A stretch of DNA of 64,000 nucleotides from Isosphaeraceae bacterium. Its GTDB lineage: Bacteria; Planctomycetota; Planctomycetia; Isosphaerales; Isosphaeraceae. Numbering within the stretch: position 1 is the stretch's first letter; each line of letters begins with the position of its first letter. Under the pieces are notes generated by a model. It had not been told where the DNA came from, searched no databases, and saw only the letters and a list, made by a program, of their open reading frames with translations. Positions 31,014-39,433 of the stretch are shown piece after piece. The position numbers were made by a program, and so were the translations under genes. The stretch covers positions 2,810 through 66,809 of the forward strand of contig JAXMBE010000046.1 in NCBI GenBank assembly GCA_046349995.1, read 5' to 3'.

Positions 31014-32474
31014 ATGTCTTCGAGCTTCGCCCGATCGCTGCGCTTCGATCCGCCTGCCGAGAACCTGGAGCATCCCTTAGTGGCCCGAACCGAGCGACCC
31101 ATGGGCCCGATCTCGCGGGTGGTCGGCCTGTACCAGGCCTTGCTGCGGCAATTGCTCGAGCATTTCTTCCCGGACGCCCTGCTGGAGATCCAGGGCGACC
31201 GGAGCGTCATCAACTGGAACGGCTCCCTCGACGAGACCTACTACCGGCTCATCGACGACCAGGACGGCCTCGGCCTGGGCATCGAATGGCTGGGCACCCT
31301 GCTGACCTTCCGCCCCGAGAGCCCGGTGCCGCTCCTGCCGCTGGAGCGGAAGCTGGTCGAGGTGGTCGTGCGGGCGCTCGACCTGCGATTCCGGGGGCTC
31401 TTCGACCAGGATCTCGACGATCGCCTCGAACGATTCCAGTTCCTCACCGAGGACCTGATCATCGCCGATTTCCTGGAGACGTCCGGCCGCTACCGGGTCC
31501 CCGCGGCCCTCGAGGCGCTCCGGGTCGCCGCGCTGTCCACCTACGAGAACCGGCGGGTCTCCATGGGCGTGCTCCTCCTGGGCACCCCGGAAGACCCCGC
31601 CAACCCGCACCGACGCAACACCGAGGGCGCGCCTCGCTTTAACTCCCGGCTGACCTCGATCAAGGGGTTCCACCGCCTGTGCGACGGCGTCCAGACGGCC
31701 TTCCTGGTCGACCTCCAGGGCGAGCTCCTGCGGATCGCCGACATCGAGTACTGGGCCGAGCGGGTGCAGGGCGTCGAGCCGCCCGAGCATCCCTGCCCCC
31801 GCCAGTACGACAGCCACGCCAAGGCCACACGGGCGGGGGGCCACGTCTGCCTGGTGCTGACACCCGCCCAGGAGATCAAGGTCTTCGCCGGCGGGACCAT
31901 GGTCTTCAGCCTCAGCGACGCGCGCTGGCGGCTGCTGGACATCCCCAGCAAGTTCGCCGCCTGGAACGAGGCGGTCGGCCAGACCTCATTCCCCGAGCTG
32001 GCCCGCTGCGTCTTCCAGGCCGCGTTGAACCTCAGCGAGGCTCGCACCGGCGCCCTGCTCGTGGTCGTCCGCGATCCCGAGCGGGCCATCCGCGAGCTGA
32101 TCGTTCCCATCGACCGCATTACCGAGGAGGTCGCCGAGGACGACCCCCAGGATCCCGAGAACCTCTCGCCCCGCCTGGCCAAGCGTGCCCTCCATCACGC
32201 CGTCCGGGGGGCCAGCCTCTGTGACCTCGAGCCCTTGGTCCTGGAATCGATCGCCAGCCTCGACGGGGCCGTCGTGGTCGATCGGGCCGGCGGCCTGCTG
32301 ACCTTCGGCGCCATCCTCCGGATCGCCCCCGAGACGCTCGAGCTCGTCCGCTCGGTGCAGGGGGCGCGGACCCTCGCCGCCCTGGCCGCCTCCCGGTACG
32401 GACCGGTCCTCAAGGTCAGCCAGGACGGCTACATCACCATGTTCCTGAAGGGACGCCGGGTGTGGGAGTTGTGA
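31014..32474 (+). CDS. DisA_N/DAC (diadenylate cyclase-like) domain protein
   Basis: GALLVV, IASLDGAVVVD..FGAIL, GARTLAA (RHR-equivalent position), KVSQDG. Confidence 0.7.
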   Translation: MSSSFARSLRFDPPAENLEHPLVARTERPMGPISRVVGLYQALLRQLLEHFFPDALLEIQGDRSVINWNGSLDETYYRLIDDQDGLGLGIEWLGTLLTFRPESPVPLLPLERKLVEVVVRALDLRFRGLFDQDLDDRLERFQFLTEDLIIADFLETSGRYRVPAALEALRVAALSTYENRRVSMGVLLLGTPEDPANPHRRNTEGAPRFNSRLTSIKGFHRLCDGVQTAFLVDLQGELLRIADIEYWAERVQGVEPPEHPCPRQYDSHAKATRAGGHVCLVLTPAQEIKVFAGGTMVFSLSDARWRLLDIPSKFAAWNEAVGQTSFPELARCVFQAALNLSEARTGALLVVVRDPERAIRELIVPIDRITEEVAEDDPQDPENLSPRLAKRALHHAVRGASLCDLEPLVLESIASLDGAVVVDRAGGLLTFGAILRIAPETLELVRSVQGARTLAALAASRYGPVLKVSQDGYITMFLKGRRVWEL

Positions 32475-32543
32475 GCGGCGTGGACGGCACGAATCTCTGC
32501 GAGGCGAGATTCGCGGCGAGTTCTTACTGAACTCCGTGCGGGA

Positions 32544-32565
32544 TTCCCGTAAACTCGGTCGGGAA
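32544..32565. promoter_or_regulatory. Putative Rrf2 operator box 1
   Basis: TTCCCG-N10-CGGGAA with perfect arms, upstream of the first Rrf2 gene. Confidence 0.55.
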
Positions 32566-32626
32566 GGTCAACTCGACCAGAGATCCAATCGAGTCGCGGC
32601 AGCCCGTACAGGAAGAACCTCTCCCC

Positions 32627-33076
32627 ATGACCGTCTCGGCCAAGTGTTACTATGCCCTCCGCGCCATCTACGCCCTCGCGGAGCACCAGGAGACCACACC
32701 CCTGAAGGCGGGCGAGATCGCGGAGCGCCAGCACATCCCGATCAAGTTTCTGGAGGCGATCCTCAGCCAGCTCAAGGGGGGCGGCTACGTGAACAGCCGG
32801 CGCGGGGTGGAGGGGGGATATTTCCTGGCGCGGCCGGCCGACCGCCTGAAGATCGGTGAGATCATCCGCTTCATCGACGGCCCGATCGCCCCGGTGGACT
32901 GCGTGAGCGTCTCGCGTCCCAAGGCCTGCGAGTATCCCGGGCACTGTCCGTTCTTCGGCTTCTGGGGGAGAGTCCGGCAAGCCATCTCGGACGTGGTCGA
33001 TCAGACGACGTTCGCCGACCTGATCAAGGAGAACGCCGGCCGCAACGTGGACTTCATCCTCGACTGGACGATCTGA
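32627..33076 (+). CDS. Rrf2 family transcriptional regulator (three Cys; C-terminal LDWTI)
   Basis: YALRAI, FLEAIL, SRRGVEGGYFLAR, CVS..C..C. Confidence 0.95.
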   Translation: MTVSAKCYYALRAIYALAEHQETTPLKAGEIAERQHIPIKFLEAILSQLKGGGYVNSRRGVEGGYFLARPADRLKIGEIIRFIDGPIAPVDCVSVSRPKACEYPGHCPFFGFWGRVRQAISDVVDQTTFADLIKENAGRNVDFILDWTI

Positions 33077-33243
33077 ACGGCGGGATTCAATCCGGCCGCG
33101 GACACATTGCGCGGAGCTTAACCGGCCGGGGTCCGGGAGCCGGAAGCACAGCGACGGCCGGCAAGTTCTGCCCATCGAGGGCCTCCGTCACTTCAGCCTC
33201 CGCCTCGGATCCCCCGGACACTCCGTCCGACTCGCGGCGCGGA

Positions 33244-33705
33244 TCAGCAACTGCAGCAGACGGGCATCCCGTTCATCATCATGCAGCAGGTGCAGCCGGC
33301 CTTGCACATGGCCATCATGCAGTCGCAGCAGGCCTGGATCATGGCGCAGCACGCGGCGTCGCCGCTGGTGCAGGTCATGCAGACGCCGCCCTCGATCATC
33401 TCGCACTTGCACATGCCCATCGTCATGTTGCAGCAGCAGACCATCATCCCGTTCATCATCATGCAGCAGCTGCACATGCCGCCGGCCATCATCGTGCAGA
33501 GGTTCTGAAGCATGGTGGCCGAGGTGGGGTCGTCGCACTTGCAGGTGATCTTCATGCCCCCCTGGCACTTCTCCATCATCATGGTGCAGCGCGGCACCAT
33601 CATCATCTGCGGGGCCATCGGCATCGTGCCGGTGCCCGTCATGCCGGTCGTCATCGGCCCCATGCCCGTCATGCCCATCCGCTCCATCATCATCGCGCCG
33701 GTCAT
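33244..33705 (-). CDS. Met/Cys-rich small protein (40 Met, 27 Cys in 153 aa)
   Basis: GGAGG RBS upstream of ATG 33705; internal 2-fold repeat; C-terminal part of ORF 33244..34575. Confidence 0.9.
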   Translation of the reverse strand: MTGAMMMERMGMTGMGPMTTGMTGTGTMPMAPQMMMVPRCTMMMEKCQGGMKITCKCDDPTSATMLQNLCTMMAGGMCSCCMMMNGMMVCCCNMTMGMCKCEMIEGGVCMTCTSGDAACCAMIQACCDCMMAMCKAGCTCCMMMNGMPVCCSC

Positions 33706-33901
33706 CGCTGAAACCTCCGAGGATTCGATCTCGCCTTCCACGAAAGGGGACGACACCTCGTCTCCCCACACACGACGAGAGATTAGCGACTCGGTACACC
33801 TGGACGCAACAAAAAAATAAAAATCTTTGCATGTAACATGACTTTGCGGATCGAGATGGTCAGGATTGTCGAGAGTGTGACGGGACCACCGACAAGGCCT
33901 A

Positions 33902-33958
33902 TTCTCGACAAAAATTATAGGAATTGCGAAGAATTCTGCTTGACAATGTCGATAGGAA
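33902..33958. promoter_or_regulatory. Two tandem putative Rrf2 boxes in an AT-rich divergent promoter
   Basis: TTCTCG-acaaaaatta-TAGGAA (33902-33923) and TGCTTG-acaatgtcga-TAGGAA (33937-33958); the second contains TTGACA. Confidence 0.55.
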
Positions 33959-34011
33959 AAGTCATCATTGGGCCGTGATCCAGATAACCCCGAGCCGAAA
34001 GTCGCCCTCCC

Positions 34012-34233
34012 ATGTCCAATCGACTGGTCGCCTTGTCTGGGAAACCGGAGGTGGAGCCGGTGAGTCATGCCGCCCCGGCACCGGGGCCGTTCATCGTGGT
34101 CTGTCCGGGCATGCCCGTCGGCATTCCGAGCCCGCAGGGATGGCAGGCGGTTTATCGCCTGGCGTTTGAGCAGGCGCGGCTTGCGCTGGCACCGAGCCGA
34201 TTCCAGAGGATGCTGGATCCGTCGACCAACTGA
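34012..34233 (+). CDS. Small hypothetical protein upstream of the second Rrf2
   Basis: 73 aa; amphipathic WQAVYRLAFEQARLALAPSRF; stop 30 nt before the Rrf2 start. Confidence 0.65.
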   Translation: MSNRLVALSGKPEVEPVSHAAPAPGPFIVVCPGMPVGIPSPQGWQAVYRLAFEQARLALAPSRFQRMLDPSTN

Positions 34234-34263
34234 GTGGAATGACGAGCAGCGGGGGATGGAGCC

Positions 34264-34674
34264 GTGAGGGTCTCGGCGAAGGCCGAATATGCATGCCTGG
34301 CGGTCATCGCCCTCGCGATCCTCGGGAAGGGCGATCGGCCAGTGCGGATCCGCGAGATCGCCGACACCCAGGGCATTCCCGAGACCTTCCTGACCCAGAT
34401 CCTGCTGAAACTGAAGGCCGCCGGGCTGGTCCACAGCACACGAGGCGCATCCGGCGGCTACCGGCTTGCTCGATCCGCGGAGCACATCTCTCTCGGTGAG
34501 GTCATCCACGTGGTCGATGGCCTGCCCGTCCCGTCGCGCGAGCCCACCGGCCCCGCGGGTCCGGTCCTGGCCCAAATCTGGGACCAGATCCGCGACTCCC
34601 AGACCCAGGTCCTCAGCCGCACGTCAATCGCCCACCTCGCCAGGCAGGCGTCGCCGCTCGACTGGGTCATTTAA
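34264..34674 (+). CDS. Rrf2 family regulator, CymR-like (no Fe-S Cys triad; C-terminal LDWVI)
   Basis: SAKAEYACLA, FLTQILLKLK, STRGASGGYRLAR. Confidence 0.95.
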   Translation: MRVSAKAEYACLAVIALAILGKGDRPVRIREIADTQGIPETFLTQILLKLKAAGLVHSTRGASGGYRLARSAEHISLGEVIHVVDGLPVPSREPTGPAGPVLAQIWDQIRDSQTQVLSRTSIAHLARQASPLDWVI

Positions 34675-34856
34675 AGCAGGCGGCCTCGCACGTCCCCCGC
34701 GGATGACTCGGGAATCAGCTCCGGGTCGGGGCTCGGTCCCTGGGCGGGCGAAACTCGCGACGCCATCCGGCGTGAGACAGTTGCGGCGGTGTCTCATTTT
34801 CCAAGTCCCGGGAAATCCTGGGGGGCTCGAGCCACCTCCGCTACAGTCGTCATTTA

Positions 34857-34878
34857 TTCTCTATTGATCTGGTGGGAA
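34857..34878. promoter_or_regulatory. Putative Rrf2 box upstream of the sulfatase
   Basis: TTCTCT-attgatctgg-TGGGAA, same 6-10-6 geometry. Confidence 0.4.
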
Positions 34879-35054
34879 AAGCAGGAAATCCTGATCTCGC
34901 CCAGAGCAGTGGGCCGAGGAATGCAGTAGAGCCTCTGCAGGTCCAACTTGGGAGGAGCCCTCGGTAGACTAGGACTACGGTGGGACGGACTGATTGAAGG
35001 TCCCGTGTTCCTGTCGCCGCTCCGAAGTTGGCCTGAAGTCGAGGAGGTCTCATC

Positions 35055-36401
35055 ATGGTCCGTCGTCCCGCCGTCCTTTACTTGTTGCTGCTGGTTGGGT
35101 TCCTCACGCCCGCGACGACCTGCGGGCGAGCCCGCGGGGCGGAGGACCGTCCGCGGCTGATCCTGATCCTGGCGGATGACCTGGGCTGGGGCGATGTCGG
35201 GTTCAACGGCCGCACGGAGTGGGCGACGCCCCAGCTCGACCTATTGGCCGCACGGGGGGCGATCCTCCGGCGCTGCTATGCGGCCTCGCCCGTCTGCGGC
35301 CCGAGTCGCGCGGCGATCCTGACCGGCAAGGGCACGATCCACAACGGCGTGCGGCGCAACGATCAGGACCTGCCCGCCGAGGAGACCACGATCGCCGAGG
35401 TCCTGAAGCCCCTGGGCTATCGCTCGGCCGTCTTCGGCAAGTGGCAGCGGGGCCGGGCCCGGGCGGGCCGGCCCGAAGGGGTGCACCCGCTGGACCAGGG
35501 ATTCGATGAGTTCTTCGGCTACACCGACCCCTACAGCGCCCTGGAGAAGAACCCCGTCCGGGCCTGGCAGGGCCGCGAGCAGGTGGCCACCTCGGGCTAC
35601 ATCGACGACCTGATCACCGATCGGGCGGTGGACTTCGTGAGCCGCCACCGCGACCGTCCGTTCTTCCTGTATCTCTCCTATCTGGCGCCACACCACACGA
35701 TCGACGCACCGGCCGATGAGGTCGAGCGGCACCGGGGCAAGCTCCCCGAGGCGCGCCCCGAGCGGCCCGTGAACGCCAGATACGCCGCGATGATCACCCG
35801 GATGGACCGGAACATCGGCAGGCTGACAGAGACGCTCCGGCGCCTCGATCTCGAGCGGAGCACCTTCATCCTCTTCGCCTCCGACAACGGAGCGACCTTC
35901 GAGTTCGCGAATCAGGGCGCCAGCGCTGCGCTCGACAGCAATCGCCCGTTCCGCGGCCAGAAGCGGACGCTCTGGGAAGGGGGCATCCGGGTCCCGGCCC
36001 TGGCCTGCTGGCCTGGGCGGATCAAGCCCGGCCAGGTGCTGGCGGCGAATGTCCAGCTGATCGACGTCCTGCCGACCTTCCTGGCTGCGGCCGGCGGGAC
36101 CGCCGATCCCGGCTGGCACCTCGACGGCGCCGACCTGCTGCCGCTCCTGACCGGCCGCTCGGCCCTGCCGGCGAGGACCCTGTTCTGGGAGTGGCGAGGC
36201 GAGGGGAGCGACCAGGTCGCCGCCCTGGATCGCGACCTGAAGCTCATCGTCACCTCCGGCGGCAAGCCCGAGCTCTACGACATCGCCGCCGACAACGCGG
36301 AACGCCGCGACCTCGGCGGCTCCGAGCCCGATCGATCGGAGCAGCTCAAGCTCGACCTCGATCGCTGGCTCACGACGGCAGATCCGAGGGGCAATGACTA
36401 A
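35055..36401 (+). CDS. Formylglycine-type sulfatase
   Basis: ILADDLG, CGPSRAAILTG (CxPxR), SDNG, KRTLWEGGIRVP; signal peptide. Confidence 0.93.
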   Translation: MVRRPAVLYLLLLVGFLTPATTCGRARGAEDRPRLILILADDLGWGDVGFNGRTEWATPQLDLLAARGAILRRCYAASPVCGPSRAAILTGKGTIHNGVRRNDQDLPAEETTIAEVLKPLGYRSAVFGKWQRGRARAGRPEGVHPLDQGFDEFFGYTDPYSALEKNPVRAWQGREQVATSGYIDDLITDRAVDFVSRHRDRPFFLYLSYLAPHHTIDAPADEVERHRGKLPEARPERPVNARYAAMITRMDRNIGRLTETLRRLDLERSTFILFASDNGATFEFANQGASAALDSNRPFRGQKRTLWEGGIRVPALACWPGRIKPGQVLAANVQLIDVLPTFLAAAGGTADPGWHLDGADLLPLLTGRSALPARTLFWEWRGEGSDQVAALDRDLKLIVTSGGKPELYDIAADNAERRDLGGSEPDRSEQLKLDLDRWLTTADPRGND

Positions 36402-36525
36402 TAATAACTCATATCAATTTCATTCGATAAATGAATTTTCCTTTATGTCTTCCAGTCAGTGAATCTCCCGAACCCACAACGGAACAGCGGGGCCGCCCCG
36501 GCGTCCCCGGCCCGAGGCCCGACCG

Positions 36526-37085
36526 ATGAGAACCACGCTGCCGATCCTGGCCCTTTCGCTGACACTCGGCGTGACCCATGGAGGCGAGACGCGAGACCAG
36601 TCCGGAGACCTGACCCGGCTCCAGGGCCGCTGGACCGCCCGGGCGGGGCCCGCCGCGAGCTCAACGTCGTCCTGGAGGTGCGGGGGCAGTCCATCAAGGT
36701 CGCCATCACCACGCCCCAGGGCCTGGAGATCAAGGTCCGCGGCGGCGTGAAGCTGAATGAGACCACCGCGCCCCGCAGCCTCGACTGGGTCGACCTCCTC
36801 GGGCCCGACCGGCAGCCGTTCCCGCAGGTCGCGGGCATCTACAAGCTCGAGGGCGGCACCTTCACCGTCTGCAACGGTGGATTCCTCGGCGCCCGCCCCT
36901 CCGAGTTCGAGAGCGGCGACGGGGCCCTCGCCGACGTGGTCGTCTTCCATCGCCTCGAAGCGGGCCGGCCCGGGGAGGCCGCCTCCGCCGGGTCGTCACC
37001 CCGCCGCGACTCGCCACCGGCCTCGCCGAATGGGGGCTCCCCGGAGGTCTCGCGTGTCGATCGCCCCGGCGACGTTCGCCGCTGA
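36526..37085 (+). CDS. TIGR03067-like planctomycete domain protein (frameshift ~36650)
   Basis: Signal peptide and DLTRLQGRW in ORF 36526..36750; continues TTAPRSLDW..GIYKLEGGTFTVC..RPSEF in ORF 36459..37085. Confidence 0.8.
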
Positions 37086-37282
37086 GGGCCGGCGTCGAGT
37101 CCCCCACTCGAGGGCAGGGATGGCGGGCCGAGCCGCGGTGGGACACACCTGGGCACAGCCATCGCCTCTTACCCCGCCGGAGTCGATCCCCGCGCGGCGA
37201 TCGGCCACACCGGTGAGCTCCCCGATCGTGCCGCCCGGAGAATCGGAGCGAGGTCCTTCGATTTCTCCCCAGCCGCTTGGCG

Positions 37283-37978
37283 CTACCGCACGGCGTCGCT
37301 GGACGTATTGACGGTGGGGACGACCCGGGTCTCGCCGGTGGTCGGGTCCAGGATGAATGGGTTGGCGCGCAGGACCCCGTGCGGCGCTCGCCAGCCGCCG
37401 GCCTGCCAGAGCTGCCTCAGCCGAGGCAACGGGTCGACCGCATCCCCTCCGACGGAGGGATTCCCGGGCGAGGGCCTGCGGATCTGGTAGTGCAGGTGGG
37501 GTATCCCGTTCCTGCCGGCATGATACACCCGCCCCAGCAAGTCCCCCGTGAACACCGACTGGCCGGGATGGACGTAAACGGGGAGGAGGTGGGCGTAGTA
37601 GACGACGTAGTTCTCGGGTCCGAGGACGCGGACGTAACCATGGACCTCATCCGAGAACGTGGCGCTCGCCCCCGGGCGGTTCCGCTCTCGCGGGTCTGAC
37701 GCCGAGGGATAGAACCAGGTGTCGAAGACCCTCCCGGGGCAGGTCGCCACGACGGCCGCCCCATAGGCCGCGCCGATGTCCTGGCCATCATGAGGGACCG
37801 ACTCTCTGCCGTGGCCCCGGCCGACGGTCATCCCTGCCCCGAACGTGGGCATGTAGGGCGGCCGGTCACACCGGCGACTTTGCGAATAGCTCGAGGGAGG
37901 GCCGTAAGGATGCGGCGAGAAACCCTCCTCGATCCAGATGGGGAACACGCGGATCAGATCGTTGAACGGGACTGGCAT
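37283..37978 (-). CDS. M23 family metallopeptidase
   Basis: HDGQD, YYAHL, PHLHY motifs; GGAGG RBS. Confidence 0.85.
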   Translation of the reverse strand: MPVPFNDLIRVFPIWIEEGFSPHPYGPPSSYSQSRRCDRPPYMPTFGAGMTVGRGHGRESVPHDGQDIGAAYGAAVVATCPGRVFDTWFYPSASDPRERNRPGASATFSDEVHGYVRVLGPENYVVYYAHLLPVYVHPGQSVFTGDLLGRVYHAGRNGIPHLHYQIRRPSPGNPSVGGDAVDPLPRLRQLWQAGGWRAPHGVLRANPFILDPTTGETRVVPTVNTSSDAVR

Positions 37979-38323
37979 GGCTGAGCCTCCCAGTTTGAAG
38001 GGCCGCGTCCGCGTGCGACAGCCGCGTGCGACGGCCTGCTGATGGGAGGAGCCTCGAGCGTTCGGAAGCCGACCGACCCGTCCGCGGCGCCTCGCACCGC
38101 AGGGCTGGCCGGAGTTCGTCGATGGGAAACCGGCAAGAACGTCCCGTCCACGGCCGGCGACCGCGATGGAATACCGCTGCCGTTCATCTCACTCCATCGT
38201 AATGCCCAGGGGCGCGCCGGGCAATCCTGGGAGAGACCGGCCCCGCCTCACCGGCGAGTTCGCACCGCGCTGCACGGATGCGCTGTCCGACGCGGGCCCG
38301 ACTGCGTCGCTCCGGGCGATTCG

Positions 38324-39247
38324 CTACCCCCGACGTGCCACCTTGCCGGACACCTGCCGGATCGCCTCGATGACCAGCTCGGGATCCTCTGCGTGCAGCC
38401 CGTGGCCCGCCTTCCTGGCGATCGCGTGGGTGCTGTTCTTCGACAGGCCGAGCAGCGTTCGTTGGAGTTCGAGCGAGGCCTGTTCCAGACGTCTCGAGAC
38501 GGCGTCGGGCAGGTCCGGGACCATCTTCCACTCCGGGCTGTGCGAGAGGACCACGAGCGGGGTCTCCCCCAGGGGGCGTGCGGTCCTCACCTGGGCGGCG
38601 CTCGCGACCACGTCCAGGCCCTCGGGATTCGCGGCCGGATCCGCGAGCCGGTGGCGGAGGAAGTCCCGGGCGGACTTGAGCTCCTTTGGCTCGCCCGCCG
38701 TTTCCGGGCCCAGTGCGTCGAGCCATCGAGCCTCCTGGTCCGGGTGGGTGGCGTCGACCAGCACGAGGCCCGCCACGTCGTCGGGATACAGGTCGGCGAA
38801 GATGCGCGCGTTGAGCCCGCCGACCGAGTGTCCGACCAGGACGTATGGGCCGGGGATCCGGGCATTCTTCAGGAGGGCATTCAGGTCGCGGGCCGCGTCC
38901 CGGCTCGTCCGCGTCCTGGCCGGCGGGGCGTCGCTCGATCCCAGACCCGCGCGATCGTAGAGGACCACCCGGTTCGTCCTGGAGATCGCCTCGATCACAG
39001 GCTTCCACGAGCCCGACTCCACTGCGGGCTCGCCCAGTCCGGCCTCGATGATCACGGTCGGTGTCCCTCCTCCCCGGCTCAGGAGCGTCAGCCGCCGTCC
39101 GCCGACGTCGACCTTGCGGATGCCGGCGTCGGGAGGCGAGGATGCCTCCTGCGCGGGGCAGGGGAGGGTCGACATTGCAAACAGGAAACTATATATTCGA
39201 ATTTTACTCATAAAAAAAGCGCATGACGCGAGCATCGCCCGTGACAT
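38324..39247 (-). CDS. Alpha/beta hydrolase
   Basis: YDRAGLGSS, VLVGHSVGG, AGH; start uncertain. Confidence 0.9.
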   Translation of the reverse strand: MSRAMLASCAFFMSKIRIYSFLFAMSTLPCPAQEASSPPDAGIRKVDVGGRRLTLLSRGGGTPTVIIEAGLGEPAVESGSWKPVIEAISRTNRVVLYDRAGLGSSDAPPARTRTSRDAARDLNALLKNARIPGPYVLVGHSVGGLNARIFADLYPDDVAGLVLVDATHPDQEARWLDALGPETAGEPKELKSARDFLRHRLADPAANPEGLDVVASAAQVRTARPLGETPLVVLSHSPEWKMVPDLPDAVSRRLEQASLELQRTLLGLSKNSTHAIARKAGHGLHAEDPELVIEAIRQVSGKVARRG

Positions 39248-39433
39248 CGGGACTCTCCGATCGTGAGGACGTGTCCGGGCAACCGCCGCCGACCGTGATT
39301 GCCCACCAGGTCTCTTCGCACCGGAGCCGCGAATATTCTGCACGCCGTGCGCGATCACGAGCCCGGCGACCCCGCCTCGTGCGGGGCCGGGAGCGGCCGC
39401 CATCCCCCTCGAAAGAACAAAAACAAATTCTAA

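Noticed and set aside
33196-33246. TGA after CCSC followed by a GC hairpin as selenocysteine read-through
   Set aside because: The extension is short and non-descript, GC hairpins are common here, and the protein's repeat ends naturally at this stop
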